Shown piece by piece: positions 13,301 to 24,917 of a DNA stretch of 64,000 bases (positions are counted from its first letter, which is position 1; each line of letters opens with the position of its first letter). The translations under genes and the position numbers were made by a program. The DNA comes from Selaginella moellendorffii (taxonomy: Eukaryota; Plantae; Lycopodiophyta). The notes below the pieces were generated by a model that was given only the letters and a program-made list of their open reading frames with translations, did no database searches and had not been told where the DNA came from. The stretch is from positions 1,470,092 through 1,534,091 of the forward strand of contig NW_003314271.1 of NCBI RefSeq assembly GCF_000143415.4. Reading direction: 5' to 3'.

Positions 13301-13567
13301 ATCCAAGAGTGGTGGAGCTTCATCAGCCTATAGTATATATAGGTTAGCCTTGTTCTATATCTCCACAATCTGAATCAACGCCAGTCTAAGGCTTCTTCTT
13401 TGTTTCCACTAGCTTTTCTCTTTGTCTTTTTGCATTTTCCAATCTTGATCTTGTCAGGGGTCTTGACAGTTTGATTCAGATTGTGTTTTTTCGTTTTTTG
13501 ATTTAGCTCGTTTTGATTGTTTGATTACCTTTGCCTTTTTTTCCCCCTTTTTCCTTTCTTCTTGCCA

Positions 13568-14539
13568 ATGGAGTCTCCAAGCCATCCTGATTTCTTTGCT
13601 GAAGTCCTTGCAAAAATCCAGTCTGAGAATACCGAGCTGAAGGCGACCCTTCTTTGCATGCAGCAGGAGCTTGCTTCACTTTCGGCTCAAGGATCTAGCA
13701 AAGTTCCTGAACCGAAGGTGAGCTTCCCGGCGAAATTTTCAGGCAAGCGTTCGGAGCTTCGCGGATTCCTGAACCAGATGGAGTTGATCTTCGCACTTCA
13801 ACATCGGCGGTACCCTACTCCCGAGTCTCAAATCGGCGCAATTGGGACGTTGCTCGAGGGTGCAGCTTTGTCATGGTTTTCTCCTCTTCTGGAGAAGAGC
13901 ATGAAAGGGGTCGTGGTTCCAGAGCTGATGGATCTTCAATTGTTTAAAGAGAAGCTCGAAGCATGTTTTGGCGAGACGGATCGGGTTCGGGCTGCTACCA
14001 CAAAGATGAGACGTCTCTCTCAGGGGTCTCATCCTGCCTTGATCTATGCTGCAGAGTTCCAACTCCTTGCTTTAGACACTCAGTGGGATGAGCGGGCCCT
14101 GATTGACCAATTTCGTTTCGGCCTCAACAACGGTGTCAAGGATTTGTTGCTCACCATGGAGGATCCCAAGGACCTGTCGGATGCCATCAACAAAGCTGTT
14201 CGATGTGACAATCGTCTCTTTGAACGTCGTCAGGAAAGTCGCCGCGCCGCTATTTTTCTGTCCCAAACTCAGGAATCCCAGCTTGAGTCTTCGGGGCATA
14301 CTCCTGAACCTACTGCTCCGGTTCCAATGGATATTTCTGGTACTCCCCGACTCATTAGAGGGAAGTTGAGTCCTACTGAGAAGCAACGTCGAATATCTCA
14401 TAATCTTTGCCTCTATTGTGCTGATCCTAATCACAAAGCAGCTGTATGTCCCAAGAAGCCTCCTCGACTGCTCGAGTTCACTCTGCCTCAAAGTCCACCT
14501 CTATTGCAGTCGGGAAACGACCCTGTCCAAACAGAGTAG
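13568..14539 (+). CDS. gag: Chromovirus Gag (PEG10/sushi-like capsid, CX2CX4HX4C knuckle)
   Basis: Open ORF from MESPSHPDF; PAKFSGKRSELRGFLNQ, LLEGAALSWF, ALIDQFRFGL, PVPMDI, CLYCADPNHKAAVC. Confidence 0.93.
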   Translation: MESPSHPDFFAEVLAKIQSENTELKATLLCMQQELASLSAQGSSKVPEPKVSFPAKFSGKRSELRGFLNQMELIFALQHRRYPTPESQIGAIGTLLEGAALSWFSPLLEKSMKGVVVPELMDLQLFKEKLEACFGETDRVRAATTKMRRLSQGSHPALIYAAEFQLLALDTQWDERALIDQFRFGLNNGVKDLLLTMEDPKDLSDAINKAVRCDNRLFERRQESRRAAIFLSQTQESQLESSGHTPEPTAPVPMDISGTPRLIRGKLSPTEKQRRISHNLCLYCADPNHKAAVCPKKPPRLLEFTLPQSPPLLQSGNDPVQTE

Positions 14540-14596
14540 GAGCTGTCTGTTTGGACTCCCCGAATAAAAATCACTTTTCTTCTTTATCAAGCTCCT
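14512..14596 (+). promoter_or_regulatory. Programmed -1 ribosomal frameshift signal (G GGA AAC + stem-loop/pseudoknot)
   Basis: Heptamer 14512-14518 in gag frame; 6-nt spacer; 11-bp stem 14525-14535/14546-14556; loop AGGAGCT (14538-14544) complementary to AGCTCCT (14590-14596); pol lies in the -1 frame. Confidence 0.85.
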
Positions 14597-17500
14597 CACC
14601 ACCTTTCATCAAAGCCACCACCAATTCCCGCAACTTCCGCATCCCATGTCTCCTTTCTTTCACCGGACAATCAGGACTCAAGGCTCTGGCATTACTGGAC
14701 TTGGGTGCAACTTCCTGCTTCATGGACATGGACTTTGCTGCCCGACATCACGTTCCTCTTTCTCCTACCATACGGGATTTGAGGGTTGAAGGCATCGGCA
14801 GGCATTTTGTGTCTCCATTTTCTGGACTTAAGGAAACGTTGCCCGTTCGAGTACACATCGGGTCCACCGTCACCGATATCGCCTTCAACATCATCAACAG
14901 CAAGTCCTCGTCTGTGGTGCTTGGTCTTCCTTGGTTCCAACTACATCAGCCTCAGATCTGTTGGAAGGAATTACAGCTCATCTCTCCCACGGCTTCCCCT
15001 GCTGTTCATCGAGTCCGAATCAGGAAAAGTTCCCTAAACTCAAATTGGGGTTCTATTCCTGACTCTATAAAGTTTTCACCCTCTTCTTTTTCCTCTCTTC
15101 CATCTTACACTGGACCGTATTCTCATCTCATCATTCCATTTAGTCGTACGCCTCCTCCTATCTCCACAATCACTATGAAAGAACTCCTTCATGAAGAACC
15201 TCTTTTTCTTTTTGCTTTGCATGTTTCTCTTGTCAGTCTTTCTGAGAAGTATCATGATTTTGGGGATGTGTTTGACAAGAAAAAAGCTAGTGTACTGCCT
15301 GTTCATCGGCCTTATGATTGTCCCATTGATTTACAGGAAGCCTATCTATGGGTTATCCCCGTCCGAGCTTAAGGCCCTCAAAGAGTACGTGGATGAGAAC
15401 CTTGCCTCGGGCTACATTCAGCATTCGCAGTCCCCGGCTGGAGCACCTGTCTTCTTTGTCAAGAAGAAGGATGGGAGCTTGCGGCTAGTCATCGACTACT
15501 GAGGTTTGAACAAGGTGATTGTTTGGAACCGTTATCCGCTGCCCCTGATCTCGAACCTGTTGGAATGCCTCGGCGGTGCCCGCTTCTTCACCAAGATCGA
15601 CCTTCGTGGAGCATACAACTTGATCCGGATCCGGCCTGGTGATGAATGGAAGACTGCGTTCCGAACCCGCTATGGCCACTTCGAGTACAGTGTCATGCCA
15701 TTTGGCTTGACAAATGCTCCAGCAGTTTTCCAACACATGGCGAACGACGTCTTTTGGGAGTTTCTTGATCAGATGGTGATCGTCTATCTCGATGACATCC
15801 TCATCTACTCAAAAACTCAGGAGGAGCATGACAAACATGTTCGCAAGGTGCTAGCGAAGCTGCGAGAACACGGCCTATACGCGAAGCTTGAGAAATGTTC
15901 CTTTGATCAGCAGTCTATGGAGTTCCTTGGGTACATTGTCACTCCTGAGGGTATCACGATGGATCCTGCCAAAGTCAAGACTATTCTCGAATGGGAGCCT
16001 CCACAATCAATGTCGGACGTTCAGGTTTTCCTTGGTTTCGCCAACTTCTACCGCAAATTCATTGATCACTACTCTGACATTGTCCTTCCTCTCACACATC
16101 TCACTCGCAAGGATGTTCCCTTCTCTTGGTCTGCTGCTGCCCAGCAGGCCTTCGACACACTCAAGGCGGCCTTCAGTTCTGCTCCTGTCTTGATCCATGC
16201 TGATTCCTCACAACCTTTCTTCATCGAGGCTGACGCCTCTGACTTTGCCATTGGTGCTGTGCTGTCTCAACTTGGAGCGGATCACGAACTTCATCCGGTC
16301 GCTTTCCATTCTCGGAAATTCCAGCCTGCGGAGATCAATTACGAAATCCACGACAACGAGCTCCTTGCCATCGTGGATTCCTTTGGAGAGTGGTGCCGTT
16401 TCTTGGAGGGGGCGAGCCATCAAACAACAGTCTGGATGGATCACAAAAATCTCGAGTACTTTGCCACTTCCCGAGTTTTAAGCCGTCGTCAAGCAAGGTG
16501 GGCACAATTCCTGAGTCGGTTTGACTTTGTTATCAAGTACAGACCTGGAAAGTTTCAAGGCCTTCCTGATGCTCTTTCAAGGCGCTCCTATCTTAGTCTC
16601 AGGCCTGGTAATCCTGCCTTCGATCAACAGGATCAAGTTATCCTCGGTCCTGATCGGCTTCAAGTTATGGCAATTTCCCTGGCCCCTCAAAACTCCTTCT
16701 TGATGGATGCAATCAGAAACGATCTTCAATCCGATGATCTGCCTAGCGACATTTTCCCCCATCTTCAGGCTGGACACCCAGTGACTCCCGACTGCCGGCG
16801 ATTTGACGAGTTCGAGTTCTTAGATGGCTTATTGTACCGTGGGGAGCAGCTTTACGTTCCTGAAGGTGATGCTCGAAGGTTGGTCCTGATGGCGTGCCAC
16901 GATAGCCCGATTGCTGGTCACTTCGGCATTGCGAAAACCTATGAGCTAGTTGCACGAGACTTTTGGTGGCCTCACATGGACGACTACATCAAAGCTTTTG
17001 TTACCTCCTGTGACACTTGTGCCCGAAATAAGGTACCTCGCCACCTTCCTTCAGGTTTGCTTCGTTCCCTTCCGGTCCCTTCAGGTCCTTGGGAATCCAT
17101 CTCCATGGATTTCTTGAGCGATCTTCCGAGTTCTGGAGGCTTCAACAGCATTTTAGTCGTGGTGGATCGCTTCACAAAGATGGCGCACTTCTTGCCATGT
17201 ACCAAGGAGTTTTCGGGCGAGGACATGGCAAAACTGGTATTCAGGGAAATTTTCCAACTTCATGGGATTCCTACAGATGTGGTTTCGGATCGGGGGCCTC
17301 AGTTCATCTCTCATTTCTGGCAACAATTTTTGCAGCTGCTTGGAGTGAAGGCCAACCTCTCTTCGGCATATCATCCTCAAATTGATGGGCAGTCCGAGCG
17401 AACGATTCAGACGTTGGAACAATTCTTGAGGTGCTTCATCAACTATCATCGGGATAACTGGTTCGATATCCTTCCCCTTGCTGAGTTCTCCTATAACAAC

Positions 17501-18250
17501 TCTGTTCACTCCTCTCTTCGAGTTTCCCCCTTCTTTGCGAACTTTGGCCGAAATCCCCGATTCAATCTCTCACTTCCTTCTCCATCTGAATCCTCTCGTT
17601 CAAATCCCCACTCTGAGGCATTTATCTCCAACCTCCAGGAAATCCACAACTCCATCTCCTTCCACCTCCATCGTGCTCAGAAATTTCATAAAACATTTGC
17701 CAATGTCCATCGTCAGGATTGTCCCCCTTACAATATCGGGGATAAAGTCTGGCTCCTCAGGCGAAATATCTCCACTACCAAGCCCTGTCCAAAACTCGAT
17801 TTCAAATGCCTTGGTCCTTTCCCTATCACTGCCATCATTAATCCTGTCAATTATCGCCTTGCACTTCCCTCCTCATATCAAATTCACCCCGTTTTTCACT
17901 CCTCTCTCCTTGAGCCTTATATTCCCAATCCTATTCCAAATCGGGTCATTCCTCCGCCTCCACCAGTGCAGCTCGAGGATGGGTCTGAGTATGAGGTTCA
18001 GGACATCCTTGATTCCAAGATTTCACGGTCTAAACTCTACTATCTGGTGGACTGGAAGGGTTACGGACCTGAGGAACGCACTTGGGAACCTGCAGACAAC
18101 CTGCTTCATTCTCCTGACCTTGTTCAGGACTTCCACCGCCGCTATCCTTCTCGTCCCAGTCCTCATTCTTTTTCTCCATCTCCCATCCCTCGCCGCTCAT
18201 CTCATCCTCCTCTTCGTTCTCGTTCACATCCTCGTTCCACTCGTTCTTGA
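14512..18250 (+). pseudogene. pol: Chromovirus Pol (PR-RT-RNase H-integrase-chromodomain) with three visible lesions
   Basis: Protease LLDLGAT (DSG>DLG); frameshift at ~15335-15340; TGA at 15500-15502 (DY*GLNK). An open 914-aa stretch follows with YLDD, EADASDFAIGA, HHCC, SMDFL/SDRGPQF/GQSERT and chromodomain EYEVQDILDS..YYLVDWKGYGPEERTWEP. Confidence 0.93.
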
Positions 18251-21200
18251 GGAGGGGGTGCTGTCAGGAATCCCCCAATTCTTGCCACATTTCTGACTCT
18301 CGCCGGATTCCTGACCTGCAGACCACATTCCTGACTCTTGAGACACTTCCCTATTCCTGACTCTTGAGACACCTTCCTATTCCTGACTCTCGAGACACTT
18401 CCCGATTCCTGAGTCTCGAGCCACATTCCTGATGATGATGTGGCGCCTCCTCGACCTCAGCTATATTTAGGCCGTCCTCGATCCAAGAGTGGTGGAGCTT
18501 CATCAACCTATAGTATATATAGGTTAGCCTTGTTCCATTTCTCCACAATCTGAATCAACGCCAATCTAAGGCCTCTTCTTTGTTTCCACTAGCTTTTCTC
18601 TTTGTCTTTTTGCATTTTCCAATCTTGATCTTGTCAGGGGTCTTGACACTCACATTGCCAAACCACTCACCGATGGACTGAAACAAGATGCCCAAGGGAC
18701 ATGGACATCCGAACAACAACAAGCATTTGACAATCTCCGACTCAAACTAACAATAGCACCGATCCTTGCCAAACCCGACTAGACACAAGAGTTCCACATT
18801 CATGTTGACACTTCTGACGTTGCCACTTGTGCAATTCTTAGCCAAACTCAACACGACAACCAAGATCAACTGATCTACTACTAGCCAAGTACTCAACCCA
18901 GCTGAATGAAATTACACCACCACCGAGAAAGAAGCTCTTGATATGATCTACTCACTTCATAAGTTCCGACACTACATACTGTCAACCAAAGTTGTCCTTT
19001 TCGTTGGCCACAAGGCACTCCTTTACCTCATCAACAAGCCGATACTATCTGGTTGAATATCAAGATGGTTCCTTTTACTACAAGAATACAACTTCGAGAT
19101 TGTCCACAAACCCGGCAAAAATCATGAGCAAGCAGACTATCTCAGCCAGATCACCACTGGCGACAAACCCGAAAGACTTACCGACAACTTACCCAACTCA
19201 AACCTATTTCGAGTTTCAATACCAGCAACCTGGCTAGATGATGTCTTCAGTAACCTGAACTCAGCAAAAGTTCCAGATCAGTACACTACATCCGACCAAA
19301 AGAAGACTTTTGTTGCTAAAACCCAACGATACTCAATCATTGGAGGCACTCTCTACAAACTCGGAATTGACAACATTCTTCGCCGATGCATCAAGCAGCC
19401 AAACACAACTCAAATCATCAAGGAAGCTCATGATGGACCTTCCTGCGGACACTTCGCTGCTAACACCACCACTCAAAAGATTCTTCAAGCTGGCCTCTAG
19501 TGGTCAACACTCTGGCACGACATTGAAGAATTCTGCAAATGCTGCGACACATGTCAACGACACTGATTACCACCAAAAACTCAGACTCAACAACTCAACC
19601 CAACATTCCCAATGGCACCATTTCAGAAATGGGGACTTGACTTTGTCGGACCCCAAGTCAGCACCTGTCAACAAAACCAGTATATCATCATCGCCACCGA
19701 TTACACTACCAAGTGGGCTGAAGCAATACCTCTCCAACATGCCACAGTGAAAGCAATAGCAACCTTCATCTATGAAAATATCATCACTCGTTTTGGCACA
19801 CCACTCAAACTCGTCACTAACAGAGGCACCCACTTCATCAACGAAACAATCGAACATCTTGCCACCAAGTTCAAAATCTGACACAAAATGTCGACACCAT
19901 ACTATCCTCAAGGCAACGGTCAAGCAGAAGCAACGAACAAAACACTGAAGACCATCCTCAAAAAAGTTATCAACAATTCCGGCAAAGACTGGGATGACAA
20001 ACTTCTCAACATACTTTGGGCCTATCGAACTGCGTATAAAGTCACCACCGACATGACGCCATTGAAACTTGCCTTTGGAACAAAAGCCATCACGCCAATC
20101 GAATTCATCGTCCCAAGCATGCGAGTCACCATCAAGTATAATCTCGACACCCGACATGCAGTTTGAGAAAGGATTCAGCAACTCAAACATCTCGATGAAC
20201 TCTGACTCAATGCCCTCTGGACACTTCACGCCATCCAAAAACAGAGAAAATCTCGGCACGACTGACAAGCATCCCGGCATAACATTCCCAAATACAGTGT
20301 CGACGATCATGTTCTTTGGTACCGTATCGGCAAACTTGGCCAAAAACTCCACACCAATTGGGAAGGACCTTTCAAAATCATTGAACTATACCCCAACGGC
20401 ACTGCCAAAGTCAGCACAGTCGCTGAAGACTTCACTGAGATCGTCAACCTCAACAAGCTTCGACTATATCACGTCGACATGTTCAGCATCAGCACCTCAG
20501 CAAATTTCCGACCCAAACCGACAAACACCCCAAAACCAACAATCGACAATCACCCTGGCAGACAAACTTTAACTCAAATCAGTTCAACACAACTCAACTC
20601 GACGCAACATGAACTCATCCACCAACTTCAGCAACAAACAGCAGCAAAATCTCTAAGTCCCAAGCTACTATTGGATCAATCCCACATGAGCAAATATCAA
20701 CAGTTGAACTTGAGTTAACTTCATCACCAATATCCACCATTGATTTGCAATCAAGCCAAATCAAACCACATCAATTTCGTCAACAAATCTCTACCATTCA
20801 TCACCAGCAATCGAGCGCCACACGATCAGCCAACCAACAGTTACAGTCTCAAGAACCCTAACGAGGCGAGCACTTCAATCACAGAAAATGAAGAGGAAGA
20901 TGCCAACTCATCCACCCCGGTGCCTCAGATACATCATACACCATATTCCTAGGCTTCCTAGCAATGACACAACCACCTGGGTCAAGAACCATGGATTCGA
21001 GCTCCTCCACAAGGCCTTTTCAACACACCCAGACCAAAAACTGGCGAGGAAGCTAGCCACCTCCTTCAACCCCAAGAACAGCACCATAACCGACAGCACC
21101 AACGAGATCACCCTCAGCCCAGCAAGAATCACCTCCGTTTTCAAAATCTCCAACATGGGACTGCTCAAATTTTCAAGAGAAGTTCCACAGCAAATCATCA

Positions 21201-22612
21201 AGGCCAATCGAGAAATTACCGGTGAGCTCACATGGGAGGATATCAGGGAGCAGCATATGGATCACCTCAAAGCCCTCCTCCTCTACTACGAACTTTGCCC
21301 AACAGATCGCACCATCGGCAAGTGAACAGCAGAAGTCTACGGAGCTCTACTCGGCTCATCATCTCCACGAGCTCCTTATCAAGCTTCTCAACCGCGCCAT
21401 CCTTGCCACACTCAACCAGAAGACCATGGGGACAGTAATCTTCCCACTGCTGATCACTACACCAAGCTCTTCCCAACAAGCAACTGTGGACAACCCAAAT
21501 GAACTCCACAGAACAAAGCAACAGCTCCGAAGAACACTCAGAATCAAAAGGAGCAACTCCCAGCAAGAAACCAAAGCTAGCATCTCAACAATCAGGCTCA
21601 ACTCACTCCAACAACACCAGCTCTAGCAACAAACACTCCAATGATTCAACTCCACTTTGCCGCCGCCTCACACACAAAACACCAACGAATCCAGCTCCAA
21701 AACTGCTGATCCGAGAGCACCTCATCATCAGCAACAATGAAGACAACTCACACCAGTTTCCACACTCACCCCAGAGCCCAAATCCACTCGAATCAGCCCC
21801 AAAACCGACAACTTCTCACAAACACATCAACATCACCAAAGAAAAACATCAGCTGCTCACCCAGAACTTAGTTTCTCCACCAGCTGAGAACAACATTCTC
21901 ACCACCCCGACCTCCTCAACACGTTCCACAAAAGAAAACATCGACTACCTTCACCAATCACTTGCAGAACACGGAACCATGCCTGCTCCAGCAAATGCCA
22001 CGACCAGGATTAACAAAACTTCTGCCCCTTCAACAAAATTCCAAGAGAAAAATTTGCCAACGGATACATTAATTTCAGCGCCACATCTGGGCCGTTCATC
22101 CAGCATCAAACTGAAAAGCTCCTCTCCACCCACCTCAAAGAATCCGGCCCGACCACATCACCCACATCCAACAAAGCAGATTAAGCCTCCAGCAACTTCA
22201 ACTCCCGGCAAGAACACAGCAAACCCTAGTGAGATACACCAGGATCACAAAGTAGGAGCAGGAGCAGCAGCCATGCCTCTGCCACAGAGTCAGGGATGCC
22301 GTGATTATGATGAGATCAAGAAGGAATACGAGGATAAACTCCGTGACCCAAGCTACTGCACCCGCAAGTTGTTCGAAGCCCTCGATCAACACATGTACCA
22401 CGAGCAAGCGAACCACTTCCCAACACCAGCTGACATCGCACAGCATCTTCTCAAGCAAGATTCCTCCATATACACCCGGGGAGCAGTCAAGAAGGAGTTT
22501 TACGAGCCTTTAAACCACCGACTAGACACTCAGCTCGAGGAGATGAAGCAAATCCGCACTGACCTCTGGGACATCAGGAAGATTGTCTCCAAGCAGCCAT
22601 CAACCCCATCAG

Positions 22613-24351
22613 TGTGAGACACAAAATCCCTAGGCCCCAAAGTGGAGCCAGAAAGGGTGCCACGTGGCAGTGGCTGAAGCGAGAGCCAAACAAGCGTAAC
22701 ACGTTTGGACCAAAAGCTCCGACTTGAAAAGTCAAGAGCGGGAGTGGAACTCCCAAAGAAGGGCTCGAGGAACGAGCACGAAGCGAGCAAAAAGCGAGGC
22801 TCCAAAAAGGGACCTAAAAGGACTAACACATGACACGTGGGAGTGTCCGAGATGGACTCGAGTTGGAGTCCGAAGTGGAGTCCGAGATGGACCCGAGTTG
22901 GAGTCCGAAGTGGAGTCCGAGATGGACCCGAGTTGGAGTCCGAAGTGGAGTCCGAGATGGACTCGAGTTGGAGTCCGAAGTGGAGTCCGAGATGGACCCG
23001 AGTTGGAGTCCGAAGTGGAGTCCGAGATGGACCCGAGTTGAAGTCCGAAGTGGAGTCCGAGATGGACCCGAGATGGAGTCCGAGATGGAATCCGAAGTGG
23101 AGTCCGAGGTGGACCCGAGATGGACCCGAGATGGAGTCCGAAGTGGAGTCCGAGGTGGACCCGAGATGGACCTGAGTTGGAGTCCGAGGTGGAGTCCGAG
23201 ATGGACCCGAGATGGAGTCCGAGATGGAGTCCGAGGTGGACCCGAGATGGACCCGAAATGGAGTCCGAGATGGAGTCCGAGATGGAGTCCGAGATGGACC
23301 AGAGATGGAGTCCGAGATGGAGTCCGAGATGGAGTCCGAGATGGACCAGAGATGGAGTCCGAGATGGAGTCCGAGATGGACCCGAGATGGACCCGAGATG
23401 GAGTCTGAGATGGAGTCCGAGATGGAGTCCGAAGTCGAGACCGAGACCGGGACTGAGACCGAGACCGAGACCGAGACCGAGATCGGGACCGAGACCGAGA
23501 CCGAGGCCGAGGCCGAGACCGAGCCCGAGCCCGAGTCCGAATCCGAGTCCGAGTCCGAGTCCGAGTCCGAGTCTGAGTCCGAGTCCGAGTCCGAGTCCGG
23601 AGCCTGAGAGGGTGAAAGCCCAAAGCGTTCGTCTCCCAGACCTTGGGGGGTTTGGTGAGCCCCAAAAGTATAGTAAGGGGGAGGACTGCAGTGGAGCCAG
23701 TTTGGCCAGGAAAGGCCAATTTGGCCCAAGAAGGCCGGACCCAGTGTTGGGTGATAAGCTGCCCACTGGGAAGTCCAAGACTAGAGTGAACACGGACCGA
23801 CAAGTGGGGTTGCTTGGTGAAGTGTTCAAGAGCCGGCTCTTGTTCCCCCGGGAGATCGATTGGCCGATGCTCCCAGTCCAAGTGTGGGTGGCACTACCTA
23901 CTTGGATACCAGGTGTGGCTCAACAGAACCTCGCTCTAAGCCCATGGCTAGAGCACCTAAGGGCAGAAGGCGAGGAGAGTACCCAGGTGGCTCGCGTAAG
24001 GCCACGGTGTTCCGAAATGTTGCCCCAAAGGCCCAGACTATGGAAAGGAAGAGGAGCAGTCCTTTGGGGTAGTGACCAAGGACACAGTCGTGTGGTGAGG
24101 AAGTCCTTGAGGACTGTGGGACTTGGTGGTCGGGCCAGTGGGTCTCGATCCAGTGGTAGTGTTGGCAAACACGGCCAGGGGCAGAAAGGGACTTAGTGGG
24201 GATGACAGAGGGATATTGGGGAAGGCTATTCTCGGGGCTAGCAAGTCCCAAGTCCTGGATTGGACTTATGGAGGTTGTGAATGAGACTCCTCCAAGTGGT
24301 CGGAGGTGTGGTTAAGTGACTAAAGTAGAATGGAAAATTTAGTCGCTTACA
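22613..24351. mobile_element. Probable solo LTR (1739 bp) inserted in the 3' ORF of the outer gypsy element
   Basis: Termini TGTGAG...CTTACA; 5-bp TSD ATCAG at 22608-22612 and 24352-24356; host ORF is continuous when the insert is excised; no coding motifs recognised inside. Confidence 0.85.
22845..23600. repeat. Compound tandem repeat: 35-bp higher-order units, then 11/12-bp units, then 6-bp CCGAGN units
   Basis: GATGGAC recurs every 35 bp from 22851 to 23061; then CCGAGATGGAGT/CCGAGATGGAC; then CCGAGA/CCGAGG/CCGAGC/CCGAGT. Confidence 0.95.
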
Positions 24352-24623
24352 ATCAGTAGCTCACGAATTCACCTACAAACTCAAATACGAAGAGCTCAAC
24401 ACCCGCTACCGGAAGCTCGAGGATGATCATACCGCCCTCCTAGCTGAGGTAGCCAACCTCCAAGAAGATGGGACAGATCCACCAGACAGTGTCCCCAACC
24501 ACGAGCTTACACTCCCACAGCAAAAATGTCGCCTCTATCGACTGGAGCAGCAGTAGCAACAAGCGATGGAGACTGACTATGTTTGCACCGAGGACGGTGG
24601 CTAGTTCTGTCAGGGGAGCAAAG

Positions 24624-24917
24624 TGTCTCAACCAAAAACAAGGTTCATGGGACTTCGACCTTGAACCCAGGGCTGCATCAGAGCGATAGATTAAATCATG
24701 CACAGCATATAGTATATGCTAGCAGTTAGAACCGCTAGCTTTTCAAAGGGGGGAATTTGAATTGTGGATCCCTATCTCCATTCCATCATTTTTCTTATCA
24801 ATACATAGCATTCTTTTACTTGTGCTTCTTCTCAACCCTTGGAGATTGGGCCTTTTTCTCTTTTGTTTTCTTACTAACAATAGATTTCCAGCGAAGAGGA
24901 GTTTTCACACTTCTTCA
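24624..24917 (+). repeat. 3' LTR of outer gypsy element (294 bp)
   Basis: Direct repeat of 7101-7388 followed by TSD CCACC. Confidence 0.95.

Larger units (their letters stand above)
13082..18648 (+). mobile_element. Full-length chromoviral Ty3/gypsy LTR retrotransposon (Tcn1/Tf1/sushi-like), nested
   Basis: 387-bp LTRs 13082-13468 and 18262-18648 (TGTCAGGA...TCTTGACA); TSD CTCAC at 13077-13081 and 18649-18653; PPT GAGGAGGGGG at 18249-18258; order gag-PR-RT-RH-IN-chromodomain. Confidence 0.97.
9649..20480 (+). pseudogene. Disrupted gag-pol of outer gypsy element (split by the chromovirus after the RT core, upstream of RNase H)
   Basis: RT ORF 12248-13081 ends HKYAH and resumes at 18654 as IAKPLTDGLK; many CGA>TGA and CAG>TAG stops. 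Confidence 0.88.
20888..24605 (+). pseudogene. Extra 3' sense ORF of outer gypsy element (env-like position), interrupted by the solo LTR
   Basis: ORFs 20888-21325 and 21499-22617; removing 22613-24356 restores the frame KQPSTPSVAHEFTYKLKYEELNTRYRKLEDDHTALLAEVANLQ (coiled-coil-like). Confidence 0.7.
7101..24917 (+). mobile_element. Ty3/gypsy LTR retrotransposon, non-chromovirus (Athila/Tat/Selgy-type RT), degenerate; ~10.5 kb excluding two nested insertions
   Basis: LTRs 7101-7388 and 24624-24917 (TG...CA). TSD CCACC at 7096-7100 and 24918-24922, with the empty site visible at ~35750 and ~41320. PBS TGGCGACCACGGC at 7391 and purine tract CAGGGGAGCAAAG before the 3' LTR. Gag has two CCHC knuckles (CTKCKNKGHPTSDC); protease AIIDSGS at ~11525; RT FLDGFSGYNQI/MPFGLCNAP/FMDDF; RNase H; integrase KWGLDFVGP/GQAEATNK. 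Confidence 0.95.

Noticed and set aside
22845-23600. CRISPR-like regular array and long ORFs in all six frames
   Set aside because: No unique spacers; it is a head-to-tail tandem repeat in a eukaryotic LTR-like insert, and the ORFs are low-complexity artefacts
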